Numbered from the stretch's first letter, positions 46,910-59,798 are shown. The stretch is 64,000 nucleotides of DNA from Scyliorhinus canicula (GCF_902713615.1 NC_052157.1:46152553-46216552); one strand, 5' to 3'. Numbers and translations: made by a program. The notes: generated by a model from the sequence alone, not told the origin.

Positions 46910-48744
46910 CATGGTTTAGGGTCTCTCCCTCCTCCCCCACCTTTAACGGGGAACCTCAGATTCAGCGAGGCTCACGGGGAGTTCAATCAATGCCATTTTG
47001 TAAGATCCGGGTGATGACATCCCACCCCCCAAAGTCTAAAGAATCCTCAGAGGACTGTAGCGATGAAGGGCGCCGAACTTGCTTTGTCTCGGGCTGTGCA
47101 TCGTGAAACCCTGGCGCAGGATTCGGCATGGTACACCAGAGGGTGAATATCACTTCCAACTGGAATGCTGAATCAGAATCTCTGCCAGAGGCTGCTGCAT
47201 TGTGGACTCTCTGTCAGAGACCCACCAATGGATGGGTCTCCATCCCTGAATAAGTGGTGACGACCTCTCCCATGTCGACATCCTGATCCCCCTGCCGTTG
47301 TGAACGGGCCAGCTCAGGCATCTCGGTTCGGATGGACAAGATTTTTACATTCATGAGGAATTTTACAAAGGAATTGGTCACCTGGACCTAATGAGATCCA
47401 CGTGCTTATGCAATACTCAACCCTGAACGTGTATTTGGTGGGAAACCAGCCCTGACTGCCAGTCCTGGAGATTCACTTGGCCCAGTTTGCAAAATTTCGG
47501 ATATTCACTGTATCACTTGTATGAAGACCCAGGGTGGTCGATGTTGAACTGGGAAATTCCCTTGTAGGTTTTGGTTGTGGCGCACCATCCCACAGATGTC
47601 AGGAAATACCATACTAAGGTAGGTCCGAAGTCTCCGTCCCATCAGCATCTCAGCCAGGAGTACCCAATCACGGCGTGTGGGGTAATCCTGTAAATAAACA
47701 AGAACTGGGCCCAGCCCAGTGGTCATTAACCCGGAAGACTGTTTTTGTAGTCCAAGTTTGAACGTCTGGATCATCCTCTCTGCTAGCCCATTCGGTGCTG
47801 GGTGGCACGCCGAATGTGTCATACCCTGTTGGCCTTCAGAAACCAAGAGAACTCTTCGCTCGTAAAAGGTGTGCCATTGGCCATGACTAACACCTTGGGC
47901 GTGTCATGGGTGCAAAAAGACAAGCCTCACCTTTTGATCGTAGCCCTGGATGTGTCGCCCTCACCTTGTGGAACTCCAGCCATTTGGAATGGGTGTCAAT
48001 TAAGAGGAGGAACCTGAACCCCTGAAACGGCCCGGCAAAATCGGCATGCAACCGTGCCCATGGCCGTCCTGGCCATTCCCAAAGGTGAAGGGGTGTGGCT
48101 GGCAGAAGCTTTTGGTGCTCCTGACGGATGAAACGTTGTTGGGCCAATCGTTCAATGTCAACATCCAGGCCTGGCCACCAGACGTAACTGCGCGCTGACA
48201 TTTTCATTTTTGACACCCTGGATGTCCATGGTGGAGATATTGCAGGATGAAAGTGTGGCTTTTTACCAGGACGAATACATGTGCACCCTCCACACTAAAC
48301 TCAGACATCTTGGATGAGTAAGCCCGTAATTCACCTGGGAGCTGTCAACGCTGTCCACCATATAACACGACATGTCGAGCCTTGGAAAGAACTGGATACG
48401 TTTGGTTCTACTCATGGATCCTGGGTGCAGTGACCAGCAAGATGTCCATCAGGATGGCGACAATGTCGTCCATCCTGGGAGGAGATGGGGAGGTAGTCAG
48501 CAAAGGTAGCTGGCTCAAAGCATCAGCATGTGCAATTTGAGTGTTCGACTTATGCTCGAACGAGTATTCAGAGGCGGCCAATAAAAGAGCCCACCACAAG
48601 ATCCTCTTGAAAGTGATAGGTGGGATGACCTGTCCTCCTTGAATAAACAGAGCAACAGTTTGTGGTTGGTGATGAGGGTAAGTTGGCACCATACACATAT
48701 TGGTGGATTTTCTGAACTATGAAAACCACCGCCAGGCCCTCCTT
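46910..48744 (-). mobile_element. Decayed Gypsy 3' half (RNaseH, integrase, PPT, partial LTR)
   Basis: ARSYVWWPG...RLHADFAGPF (47887-48216), NGLAERMIQTFK (47505-47846), HADALSQLP (48408-48698); PPT GGGGGGTGGGA at ~47020-47030. Confidence 0.85.
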
Positions 48745-49054
48745 ATAATAATAATAATCTTTATTGTCACAAGTAGGCTTACATTAACACTTCAATGACG
48801 TTACTGTAAAAATTCGCCAATCGCCACATTCTGGTGCCTGGTCAGGTACACTGAGGGAGAATTCAAAATGTCCAAATGACCTAACAGCACGCTTCTCGGG
48901 ACTTGTGGGAGGAACCCAGAGCACCCATAGGAAACCCATGCAGACACGGTGAGAATGTGCAGACTCCGCACAGAAAGTGGCCCAAGCCAGAATCGAACCT
49001 GGGACCCTGGAGTTGTGAAGCAACTGTGCTAGCCACTGTGTGCCCCTGCTGCCC
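48745..49054 (-). mobile_element. HE1-head SINE with L2-like tail
   Basis: Same architecture as 16057-16361; (ATT)n end. Confidence 0.85.
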
Positions 49055-49604
49055 ACAAAAATCTGCTGTTTAATATCTTACAACACCAGGTTAAAGTCCA
49101 ACATGTTTATTTGGAATAACGAGCTTTCGGAGCGTATTTAAAGAACGTGATGCGATTGCCGTTTTTTAACATTGAACTGGTTGGACCATGCCTGCGCCAA
49201 CCAGTTTTATTGGTGATCCTGCTGAAGAGGATACAGAAAGTTGGTCCTTAAATTACCCAAGAGAAGAAAAGGTGTTCCCTGGATTGTCCAGTCCTTGCAA
49301 ATAGCACCTTAGTGGCGTGATGTACCTTGAAGGTGCAGTTGGTGAGGCAGTCAGTTGGTGTGTGAGCTGCTTGGAGTGTGTTAAATAACGAGGAAAATTT
49401 AATAGACTTCAAGAGCGTTCAGGGCAGGTGGAATGGGCGGACAGGTGGCAGCTGAAGTTTAACACTTTGTGAGGTGATGCAGTTTGGTAGGAAGGATGAG
49501 ACAAGACAATACTTGTTAAATGCCAAACTTTTTTTACAGGGGTGGCATTAAGAGAGAGTTATGGGGCGGTCTTGCATTAACCTTTGAAGGTGGTGGGACA
49601 GGTT

Positions 49605-49949
49605 AACATAGAACATAGAACAGTACAGCACAGAACAGGCCCTTCGGCCCTCAATGTTGTGCCGAGCCATGATCACCCTACTCAAACCCACGTATCCACC
49701 CTATACCCGTAACCCAACAACCCCCCCTTAACCTTATTTTTATTAGCACACTACGGGCAATTTAGCGTGGCCAATCCACCTAACCCGCACATCTTTGGAC
49801 TGTGGGAGGAAACCGGAGCACCCGGAGGAAACTCACGCACACAGGGGGAGGACGTGCAGACTCCACACAGACAGTGACCCAGCCGGGAATCGAACCTGGG
49901 ACCCTGGAGCTGTGAAACATTTATGCTAACCACCATGCTACCCTGCTGC
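49605..49949 (-). mobile_element. HE1/V-type SINE with CR1 tail, inserted in an old CR1 fragment (~49370-50240)
   Basis: (TTCTATG)n terminus; flanks show decayed CR1 RT sequence. Confidence 0.88.
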
Positions 49950-50354
49950 AACAAAGCAGTTAATAAAGCATAGATGCTTTCAGACTTTGAAATTGAGGCA
50001 GAGAATACAAAAGCAAGAAAGATATGCTAAATCGGCGCAAACTACTCCTCAGGCCTATTGAGGTCCAATTCTGTGCACCAAATAAAACGACTTTGGAGAG
50101 GACAAAGAAAAGATTTCCTAGAAAAGTTCCTGAAATAAGTGATTCAGTACATGGAGAGACTGGAAAAGCTACGGTCGTTCACCAGTGAGCGGAGAAGGCT
50201 GAAAGGAGATTTGATGGAGGTGTTTAAAACCTTGAAGTAATTAGGAGATGGTTAGCTTACTTGGCTCAGAGTGTGGTGCAGACTAGCACCAAACAGTCTG
50301 GGCTCAATCTTTGCGTCAGCTGAGGTAATTCTTGGGGCCTTTACTGTGACCCAA

Positions 50355-50526
50355 AATGAAATGAAATGAATGAAAATTGCTTATTGTCACGAGTAGGCTT
50401 TAATGAAGTTACTGTGAAAGCCCCTAGTCGCCACATTCCGGCGCCTGTTCGGGGAGGCTGTTACGGGAATTGAACTGTGCTGCTGGCCTGCTTGGTCTGC
50501 TTTCAAAGCCAGCGATTTAGCCCTGT
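50355..50526 (-). mobile_element. Second tRNA-derived SINE family copy
   Basis: Reverse complement of 43704-43891. Confidence 0.88.
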
Positions 50527-50531
50527 GCAAT

Positions 50532-50943
50532 ACAGTGCAGAAGGGGGCCATTAGGCCGATTGAGTCTGCACCGGCCCTTACAAAGAGCACCCTACTGAAG
50601 CCCACGTATCTACCTTTAGTTTTTTTCCATGTCGGTGCAACATCGAGGGCCAAAGGGCCTGTACTGCGCTGTATCGTTCTATGTTCTATGTTCTACCCTA
50701 TCCCTGTAACCCAGTAACCCCCACTTAACATTTTTTGGACACTAAGGACAATTTAGCATGTCCAATCCACCTAACCCGCACATCTTTGGACTGTGGGAGG
50801 AAACCTGAGCACTCGGAGGAAACCCACGCAGACACGGGGAGAACGTGCTGACTCCGCACAGACAGTGACCCAGCCGGGGATCGAACCTGGGGCCCTGGAG
50901 CTATGACGCAACTGTGCTAGCCACTATGCTACCGTGCTGCCCA
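50532..50943 (-). mobile_element. HE1/V-type SINE carrying a ~70-bp CR1 3' end in opposite orientation (~50625-50695)
   Basis: SINE body split by GTCGGTGCAACATCGAGGGCC...TTCTATGTTCTA. Confidence 0.82.
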
Positions 50944-51255
50944 AGGATTAACTGCCCTTGGACAATGAAGACACCAGGGAGTGAAATAATGAGGAACTGT
51001 TGATGAAGAGAGGCACAGATTGTAGGTGATCCAGATGCCACATGAAGAAGATCTGTTTTGCATAATGAAAGGTTTGGAATGCACTGCCTGATGTGGTGGT
51101 GAAAACAGATTCAAAAGGAATATTGATAAATTGTTGATTAGTTTCACTGCATCAACCCTGCTATTTTTCCCTAACTGCAAGCTAACTGTTTGGGTATAGT
51201 CAGCATTTTCATCCACCGACTTGTGGCTTTGTGTGCTTTTCCAGTGTCTGCAGCA

Positions 51256-52157
51256 AGAAGTCTTACAACACCAGGTTAAAGTCCAACAGGTTTATTTAGA
51301 ATCATGAGCTTTTGGAGCATGGCTAAGTGAAGAGGTAGGTTATACAAACACAGCATATGTAGACAAAGCCAATGATACAAGGTGATACTTTGCAGATAAT
51401 TAAGTCTTTACAGGTCCAGACGGTGCAACTGGAGAGAGGGATAATCACAGGCTAAAGAGATGTGAATTGTCTCAAGCCAGGAGAGTTGGTAGGATTTTGC
51501 AAGCCCAGGCCAGATGGTGGGGGGTCCAGTCATTGTCCAGTACTTCCCCAGGGCGGAGAAACTGCAACATCTTCTTCGAAGCCTTCAACACGTCATCAAT
51601 GAAGACGAACATCTTGCCAAGGTGATCCCCACAACCCCACTACTTGCCTTCAAACAACCGTGCAACCTCAAACAGACCATTGTTTGTAGCGAACTACCCA
51701 GCCTTCAAGAGAACTGCGACCACGGCAACACACAACCCTTGTCATGACAACCTCTGCAAGACGTGCCAGATCATCGACATGGATACCATGATTGCACGTG
51801 AGAGCATTATCCACCAGGTATGCGGTACATACTCGTGCGACTCGGCCAACGTTGTCTACGTCATACACTGCAGGAAAGGATGTCCCGAAGCGTGGTACAT
51901 TGGCGAGACCATGCAGATGCTGCGACAACGGATGAGCAGACACCACACGACAATCGCCAGGCAGGAATGTTCCCTTGCAGTCGGGGAACACTTCAGCAGT
52001 CAAGGACATTCAGCCTCTGATCTTCGGATAAGCGTTCTCCAAGGCGGTCTTCAGGACGCACGACAATGCAGAATCGCTGAGCAGAAACTGATAGCCAAGT
52101 TCCGCACACATGAGTACGGCCTCAACTGGAATCTTGGATTCTTGTCTCACTACATTT
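51256..52157. mobile_element. Penelope-like element with 5' inversion; GIY-YIG endonuclease fragment
   Basis: ORF 51644-52159: CKTC...VVYVIHCRKGCPEAWYIGET...LRQR...EHF...EQKLI...GLN; 3' UTR inverted at 51256-51523. Confidence 0.9.
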
Positions 52158-52749
52158 AACATTCTGCATTTAAAGAGAGGCCGGGTCTTTTATTTTAGGC
52201 AGTAAATCTAACTCTCTCCCCAAGACATGCATTGACATCAAATTAATCATACTGTTCCTATTCTCGCCCCATAATCATATGTCTATGTCAACATAGGTAT
52301 CTGTTGTGATATTGGATAAATATAGAATGAAATCTCCATCAGAAACGGGTTGGTAATGCTCACAGTGACATAGTCCGGGATCGATTCAATGATTGGCTGA
52401 CATTGGCCCTTACAGAACAAGACAGGATTCAGTACCAGCTTTCTAGGCTCAATATGCCAGGATAAAACAGCATTTTATACTGACAGCGTGTGGTTTTAAC
52501 TTTCCCTGTGTGTTTCTAATGGTTCATAAGCCCTGATGGAACATTCATGAGGAAATGAAAGGGCAGCATTGATGCATTGATGTGAATAAAAACCTAATTA
52601 AATGTGGCCGGAAACAATCAAAAAACCCTCATGACACTCAATCCCAGATTTAATGGTTCATGAGGTTGAAGTGAATTACTTTGCTAATTTATCATTGTCA
52701 AGGAAAGAAACGTTTAAGATGAACCAGAATTAAAAATAGCTAGTTATTT

Positions 52750-53237
52750 GGGCGGCGTGGTGGTACAGAGGTTAGCACTGCTGCCTCACAACGCCAGGGA
52801 CCCGGATTCAATTCGGGCCTCGGGTGACTGTGTGGAGTTTGCCGTTCTACACGTGACTGCGTGGGTTTCCTCCGGGTGCTCCGGTTTCCTCTCACAGTCC
52901 AAAGATACACAGATTAGATTGATTGGCCATGCTAAATTGTCCCTTAGGGTCCAAAACGTTATGTGGAGTTACGGGGATAGAGCGGGGGCATGGGCTTAGG
53001 TGGAGTGCTCTTTAGGAGGGTCAGTGCAGACTCGATGGGCCGAGTGGCCTCCTTCTGCACTGGCTGTTTAGCACAGGGCTAAATCGCTGGCTTTGAAAGC
53101 AGACCAAGGCAGGCCAGCACCACGGTTCAATTCCTGTACCAGCCTCCCCAAACAGGCGCCGGAATGTGGCGACTAGGGGCTTTTCACAGTAATTTCATTT
53201 GAAGCCTATTTGTGACAATAATCGATTTTCATTTCAT
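52750..53237 (+). mobile_element. HE1-type SINE (52750-53061) with a second-family SINE (53062-53237) inserted in its tail
   Basis: Two consecutive tRNA heads. Confidence 0.85.
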
Positions 53238-53579
53238 AGTGATGCTATGATTCAGTGTTTTGATTTAAATTCCAGAACATTGGAACAAGTGTGTAATCAA
53301 TTCTGAATAAACCTACCTTACAGGAGAAGCGGCCTGCAGGTTTTTGGCAGGAGCAGTGTCCAGGGGCCTGTCGGGAAGGTAAGTTTAACTTTAAAAACTT
53401 ACCTTTAGAGCTGCAGGAAGTTGGCCGTGGGGATTTCTGGAAAGATTTGTTAGTACCTGTATATAAGTTGGGCGGTTGATAAACCTGAGACACAACACTT
53501 GTAGTGTCCCCCACCCTTCCACCTCCTCTAACCTAAGGAGTTGAGTGAAAATCAGGTAAGCTCTTCCTTTCTTTTTCTT

Positions 53580-53707
53580 CTGATTCACCTGAGGAAGGAG
53601 CTGCGCTCCGAAAGCTCGTGTTTGAAACAAACCTGTTGGATTTTAACCGGGTGTTGTAAGACTTCTTACTGTGCTCACCCCAGTCCAACGCCGGCATCTC
53701 CACATCA
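53580..53707 (+). mobile_element. Very short Penelope 3'-end insertion
   Basis: Matches the reverse complement of 45629-45748; 12-bp TSD TTTCTTTTTCTT (53568-53579 / 53708-53719). Confidence 0.88.
53586..53620 (+). ncRNA. Minimal type I hammerhead ribozyme motif
   Basis: CAC-CUGAGGA-A-GGAGC-UGC-GCUCC-GAAA-GC-UC-GUG; differs from 46287 only at N7 and the stem II loop. Confidence 0.78.
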
Positions 53708-53735
53708 TTTCTTTTTCTTGTTTTATCTAGAAGGG

Positions 53736-54654
53736 ATGGTAGGGAAGGCAGTACAATGTTCCTCCTGCAGAATGTTTGAGGTGAGGGACGCCATCAGTGT
53801 CCCTGCTGATTTCACCTGTGGGAAGTGCACCCATCTCCAGCTCCTCAGAAACCGCGTTAGGGAACTGGAGCTGGAACTGGATGAACTTCGGATCATTCAG
53901 GAGGCAGAGGTGGTCATAGATAGGAGCTTCAGGGATGTAGTTACACCGAAGAATCAAGATAGATGGGTGACGGTGAGAGGGGCTGGGGGTAAGCAGTCAG
54001 TACAGGGATCCCCTGTGGTCGTTCCCCTTAGTAACAAGTATACCGTTTTGGTTACTGTTGGGGGACGACGACTTACCAGGGGTAATCCATGGGGTACAGG
54101 TCTCTGGCACAGATTCTGTCCCTGTTGCTCAGAAGGGAAGGGGGGAGAGGAATGGAGCATTAGTCATTGGAGACTCCATAGTTAGGGGGATAGATAGGAG
54201 ATTCTGTGGGAACAAGAGAGACTCGCGGTTGGTGTGTTACCTCCCAGGTGCAAGGGTCCACGATGTCTCCGATCGTGTTTTCGGGATCCTGAAGGGGGAG
54301 GGGGAGCAGCCCCAAGTCGTGGTCCACATAGGTACCAATGACATAAGTAGGAAAAGGGATAGGGATGTAAGGCAGGAATTCAGGGAGCGAGGTTGGAAAC
54401 TTAGATCTAAGACAAACAGACTTATTATCTCTGGGTTGTTACCCGTGCCACTTCCTGGCGAGACGAGGAATAGGGAGAGAGAGCAGTTGAACACGTGGCT
54501 ACAGGGATGGTGCAGGAGGGAGGGTTTCAGATTCCTGGATAATTGGGGCTCTTTCTGGGGTAGGTGGGACCTCTACAAACGGGCTGGTCTACACCTGGAC
54601 CAGAGGGGTACCCATATCCTGGGGGGGGGGGGGGGGGGGGGGCGAATTTGCTAA
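53736..54654 (+). pseudogene. CR1 ORF1: zinc finger/coiled coil + SGNH esterase, frameshifted
   Basis: CSSC...CGKC, LRNRVRELELELDEL; GDSIVRG, VHIGTND, GLHL blocks. Confidence 0.9.
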
Positions 54655-54744
54655 TGCTGTTTGGGAGGGTTTAAACAAGTTCAGCAGGGGAATGGGAACC
54701 TGAATAGTAGCTCCAGTACACAGTAGGTTGAGAGTAGTGAGGTC

Positions 54745-57700
54745 ATGAGTAAGGTTTCAAAGTTGCAGAAGTGTACCGGCAGGAAGGAAGGTGGTTTAAA
54801 GTGTGTCTACTTCAATGCAAGGAGCATCTGGAATAAGGTGGGTGAACTTGCGGCATGGGTTGGTACCTGGGACTTCGATGTTGTGGCCATTTCGGAGACA
54901 TGGATAGAGCAGGGACAGGAATGGTTGTTGCAGGTGTCGGGGTTTAAATATTTCAGTAAGCTTAGGGAAGGTGGTAAAAGAGGGGGAGGGGTGGCATTGT
55001 TAGTCAAGGACAGTATTACGGTGGCAGAAAGGACGTTTGATGAGGACTCATCTACTAAGGTAGTATGGGCTGAGGTTAAAAACGGGAAAGGAGAGGTCAC
55101 CCTGTTAGGGGTTTTCTATAGACCTGCGAAAAGTTCCAGAGATGTAGAGGATAGGATTGCAAAGATGATTCTGGATAGGAGCAAAAGTAATAGGTTATTT
55201 GTTATGGGGGACTTTAACTTTCCAAATATTGACTGGTAACGCTATGTTCGAGCACTTTAGATGGGTCCGTTTTTGTCCAATGTGTGCAGGAGGGTTTCCT
55301 GACACAGTATGTAGATAGGCCAACGAGAGGCGAGGCCGTATTGGATTTGGTACTGGGTAATGAACCAGGACAGGTGTTAGATTTGGAGGTAAGTGAGCAC
55401 TTTGGTGATAGTGACCACAATTCGATTATGTTTACTTTAGTGATGGAAAGGGATAGGTATATACCGCAGGGCAAGAGTTATATCTGGTGGAAAGGCAATT
55501 ATGATGCGATGAGGCAAGACTTAGGATGCATCAGATGGGCAGGGAAATTGCAGGGGATAGGCACAATGGAAATGTGGAGCTTGTTCAAGGAACAACTACT
55601 GCGTGTCCTTGATAAGTATGTACCTGTCAGGAAGTGGTCGCGCAAGGGAACCGTGGTTTACTAAAATAGTTGAAACACTTGTCAAGAGGAAGAAGGAGGC
55701 TTATGTAAAGATGAGACGTGAAGGTTCAGTTACGGCGCTTGAGAGTTACAAGTTAGCTAGGAAGGACCTAAAGAGAGAGCTAATAAGAGCCAGGAGGGGA
55801 CATGAGAAGTATTTGGCAGGTAGGATCAAGGATAAACATAAAGGTTTCTATAGATATGTCAGGAATAAAAGAATGACTAGGGTAAGAGTAGGGCCAGTCA
55901 AGGACAGTGGTGGGAAGTTGTGCGTGGAGTCCGAGGAGATAGGAGAGATGCTAAATGAATATTTTTCATCAGTATTCACGCAGGAAAAAGACAATGTTGT
56001 CGGGGAGAATACCGAGATACAGGCTACTAGACTAGAAGGGCTTGAGGTTCATAAGGGGGAGGTGTTAGCAATTTTGGAAAGAGTGAAAATAGATAAGTCC
56101 CCTGGGTCGGATGGGATTTATCCTAGGATTCTCTGGGAAGCTAGGGAGGTGATTGCTGAGCCTTTGGCTTTGATCTTTAAGTCATCTTTGTCTACAGCAG
56201 GAGTTCTCAACCTTTTTTAACCCATGGACCCCTTTTCCTCTTAATTTTTTTTTGTGGACCCCCATAGCCATTCCACAGAAAAAAAAGCTTCTTATATGCG
56301 TGGTAAACTAATCCTAAAGTCCATCTACCTTACCATGAGGGTTGGAAATGGATTAGCGGTATTTTCATACGTTGCCAAACTTATTCTAATATGAAAAGTA
56401 ATGAAAAAAACTTTTTACTGACTAAATTGAATTAAATTACTCTAAAAATAACCAATTCATATCAAATATACACAGTTTCTAGTGATTACTGTGTTAAATC
56501 ATTCATTAAATTTGTCAAGGAGAAACGTGGCATAAGCGTCAGGTCAACCGTGGGTATTTAATAAGCTGCTTCTGTCATTAAAGGTCCTCTGGGCTGTTCC
56601 TAGGGGACAATAGCCCGGGCAATCTTCAACAACAACTGTCATTAAAGCACAATAAACCCATTTGTCATCAACCGGTATGGATTTTTTTTTCTCAGAATAC
56701 AGTACCACAAAAATAAACACAGCAAATGCACCTTTTTGGTTCTGAGCCCCTTCAGCCCTCAAGGTAAATTAGATAGATTATAATCTCTCTTTGACCTTTG
56801 TCAGTGCGAGAGAGAGAGTGAGAGAGAGAGAAAGGTGAATTTTCATCATGAAAACAAACATTTTTTTCTTCTACTTGATTCTCAGTAATAACAATTGTTC
56901 TGAAGTAGAATTACTCTATGGACCACTAAAATATCACCGTGGACCCCCAATTCGGTATTTTTTTTGTGTGGACCCCCAGTAATGTTACATGGACCCCCAG
57001 GGTCCATGTGGACCCCGTTTGAGAACCACTGGTCTACAGGAATAGTGCCAGAAGACTGGAGGATAGCAAATGTTGTCCCGTTGTTCAAGAAGGGGAGTAG
57101 AGTCAACCCCGGTAACTATAGACCAGTGAGCCTTACGTCTGTTGTGGGCAAAGTCTTGGAAAGGTTTGTAAGAGATAGGATGTATAATCATCTGGAAAGG
57201 AATAATTTGATTAGAGATAGTCAGCACCGTTTTGTGAAGGGTAGGTCGTGCCTCACAAACCTTATTGAGTTCTTTGAGAAGGTGACCAAACAAGTGGATG
57301 AGGGTAAAGCAGGTGATGTGATGTATATGGATTTCAGTAAAGTGTTTGATAAGGTTCCCCACGGTAGGTTATTGCCGAACATACGGAGGCATGGGATTCA
57401 GGGTGATTTAGCAGTTTGGATCAGAAATTGGCTAGCTGGAAGAAGGCAAAGGGTGGCGGTTGATGGGAAATGTTCAGACTGGAGTCCAGTTACTAGTGGT
57501 GTACCACAAGGATCTGTTTTGGGGCCACTGCTGTTTGTCATTTTTATAAACGACCTGGAGGAGAGCGTAGAAGGGTGGGTGAGTAAATTTGCAGATGACA
57601 CTAAAGTCGGTGGAGTTGTGGACAGTGCGGAAGGATGTTACAAGTTACAGAGGAACATAGATAAGCTGCAGAGCTGTGCTGAGAGGTGGCAAATGGAGTT

Positions 57701-58397
57701 TAATGCAGGAAAGTGTGAGGTGATTCATTTTGGAAGGAATAACAGGAAGACAGAGTACTGGGCTAATGGTAAGATTCTTGGTAGTGTGGATGAGCAGAGA
57801 GATCTCGGTGTCCATATACATAGATCCTTGAAAGTTGCCACCCAGGTTGAGAGGATTGTTAAGAAGGTGTACAGTGTATTAGCTTTTATTGGTAGAGGGA
57901 TTGAGTTTCGGAGCCATGAGGTCATGTTGCAGCTGTACAAAACTCTGGTGCGGCCGTATTTGGAGTACTGCATGCAATTCTAGTTGCCGCATTATAGGAA
58001 GGATGTGGAAGCATTGGAAAGGGTGCAGAGGAGATTTACCAGAATGTTGCCTGGTATGGAGGGAAGATCTTATGAGGGAAGGCTGAGGGACTTGAGGCTG
58101 TTTTCGTTAGAGAGAAGGAAGTTAAGAGGTGACTTAATTGAGGCATACAAGATGATCAGAGGATTAGATAGGGTGGACAGTGAGAGCCTTTTTCCTCGGA
58201 TGGTGATGTCTAGCACGAGGGGACATAGCTTTAAATTGAGGGGAGATAGATACAGGACAGATGTCAGAGGTAGGTTCTTTACTCAGAGAGTAGCAAGGGC
58301 GTGGAATGCCCTGCCTGCAACAATAGTGGACTCGCCAACACTAAGGGCATTCAAATGGTCATTGGATAGACATATGGATGATAAGGGAATAGTGTAG
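54745..58397 (+). pseudogene. CR1 ORF2: APE endonuclease + reverse transcriptase, disrupted
   Basis: NARSI, ISETW, YRP, GDFNFP, LDLVL, SDHN; NYRPVSLTS, GVPQGSVLGP, FADD; hAT insertion, frameshifts and a stop at 57983. Confidence 0.93.
56198..57031. mobile_element. Non-autonomous hAT (Charlie-like) element
   Basis: TIR CAGGAGTTCTCAA / TTGAGAACCACTG; 8-bp TSD GTCTACAG (56190-56197 / 57032-57039); subterminal TGGACCCC repeats. Confidence 0.92.
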
Positions 58398-59798
58398 ATC
58401 GGCTTTAGAGTGGTTTCACAGGTCGGCGTAACATCGAGGGCCGAAGGGCCTGTACTGCGGTGTAATGTTCTATGTTCTAAGCCTCAATGTACACAATGAG
58501 AAATTCATCCTGCGCAGCCCCTCCTTCATCTGCGTTGGAGAAGGAATCCAAACTGGAGTTGACACCAATCCAAATCATAAGATCTTAATTGGTTTGAGCA
58601 GGCAGTATCTACTTGCACAAGTGCAACAGAAACATTCACCCCCCGCTCCCAAAAAAAAACTAGGAGCAGTGGTCTAGCATACATTGGGCAAGCCTTTGAC
58701 AGGTTAGAGATAATGGACATTTTTTTATTTTGTTAACTTAATAATACACTGGACCTCCAAACATCCAAAGGAAATCTACCCTGTTTTCTACAGTCTTTGG
58801 AAGGCCCAGGATGGAACACACTCCCATTCTTAGCAACCGCTGTGTTACAATCCACCCCAGGTGAGGTTCCCCAAAGTTGTTGATCCAGGAGAGACCCCTT
58901 AATTTGTCACTATCCAGCTGAGATATCGCCAAATTGTAATAATTCCAGGTGCTTCCTGTCTTAATTCAACTCCTCCTCTGTTGGTCACAACAAGATTTAA
59001 TCTTGAAAGGATCCCTTTTCACACATGCTTTTTCCCCTCCAGACCCAATATTATGTTTTTAAAGGGGCCGATTTAACCAGACTTTCCTAAGTTCAAGATA
59101 GAGTGAGTTTATTAATTACTAAAGGCAAGAGAATGGTAAAATGCATGCATATACATTAATATTTATTAGAAGGGAGAGTTGAGTTCAAAGTGAGTAAATA
59201 TTTTAAAAATATGGAATAGTCCTTGACTCGTGAAGAGTAGATGATTGAGCATTGCGGCGGTTGCGTTTCAAGATTCCGTTAAAGTTGACTTCAGCAGGCA
59301 AATTGTTGTGATTCCGGTATTCAGTTGATTGGCAGAAGAGCTTCCCAGTTCCTGTTTCACTTTTAAGCTCGGGTCCTTGCTGAGCGGGTTGACTTCCACA
59401 GTCAGAGAAAGAGAGAGCAAGAGAGGTAAATATAAAATGGCTGTGTGAAGGGCCATTTTGAATGTTCCTGCTGGCTTTTGCATGTGTCACTTCCAGCACT
59501 TCTTCTCACAGCACACACACACTGACAGACACCGTTGCAGCTTTTCAGCTGCCTATTTACCCATTCATTGCCTATTCCACAGGGGAAGGTGAATCCATAA
59601 AGATCTGTCTGGGGATTACACAGGCAATCTCTTGATAAGATGCCCATTATGTCTCACATAAAGAGATATTCATTCTGATGAAAAGCCATCACCCTGAAAA
59701 GTAAATCCTGTTTCTCTCTCTCCAGATACTGCCTGACCCACTGAAATTTTCCCGCACGTTATGTTTTCATTTCAAATTTCCAGCGCACCATTTGGTGG

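Larger units (their letters stand above)
53323..58479 (+). mobile_element. Near full-length CR1 LINE (HER1-like), frameshifted
   Basis: 5' UTR, ORF1, ORF2 and (TTCTATG)n tail; 5' end approximate. Confidence 0.93.
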
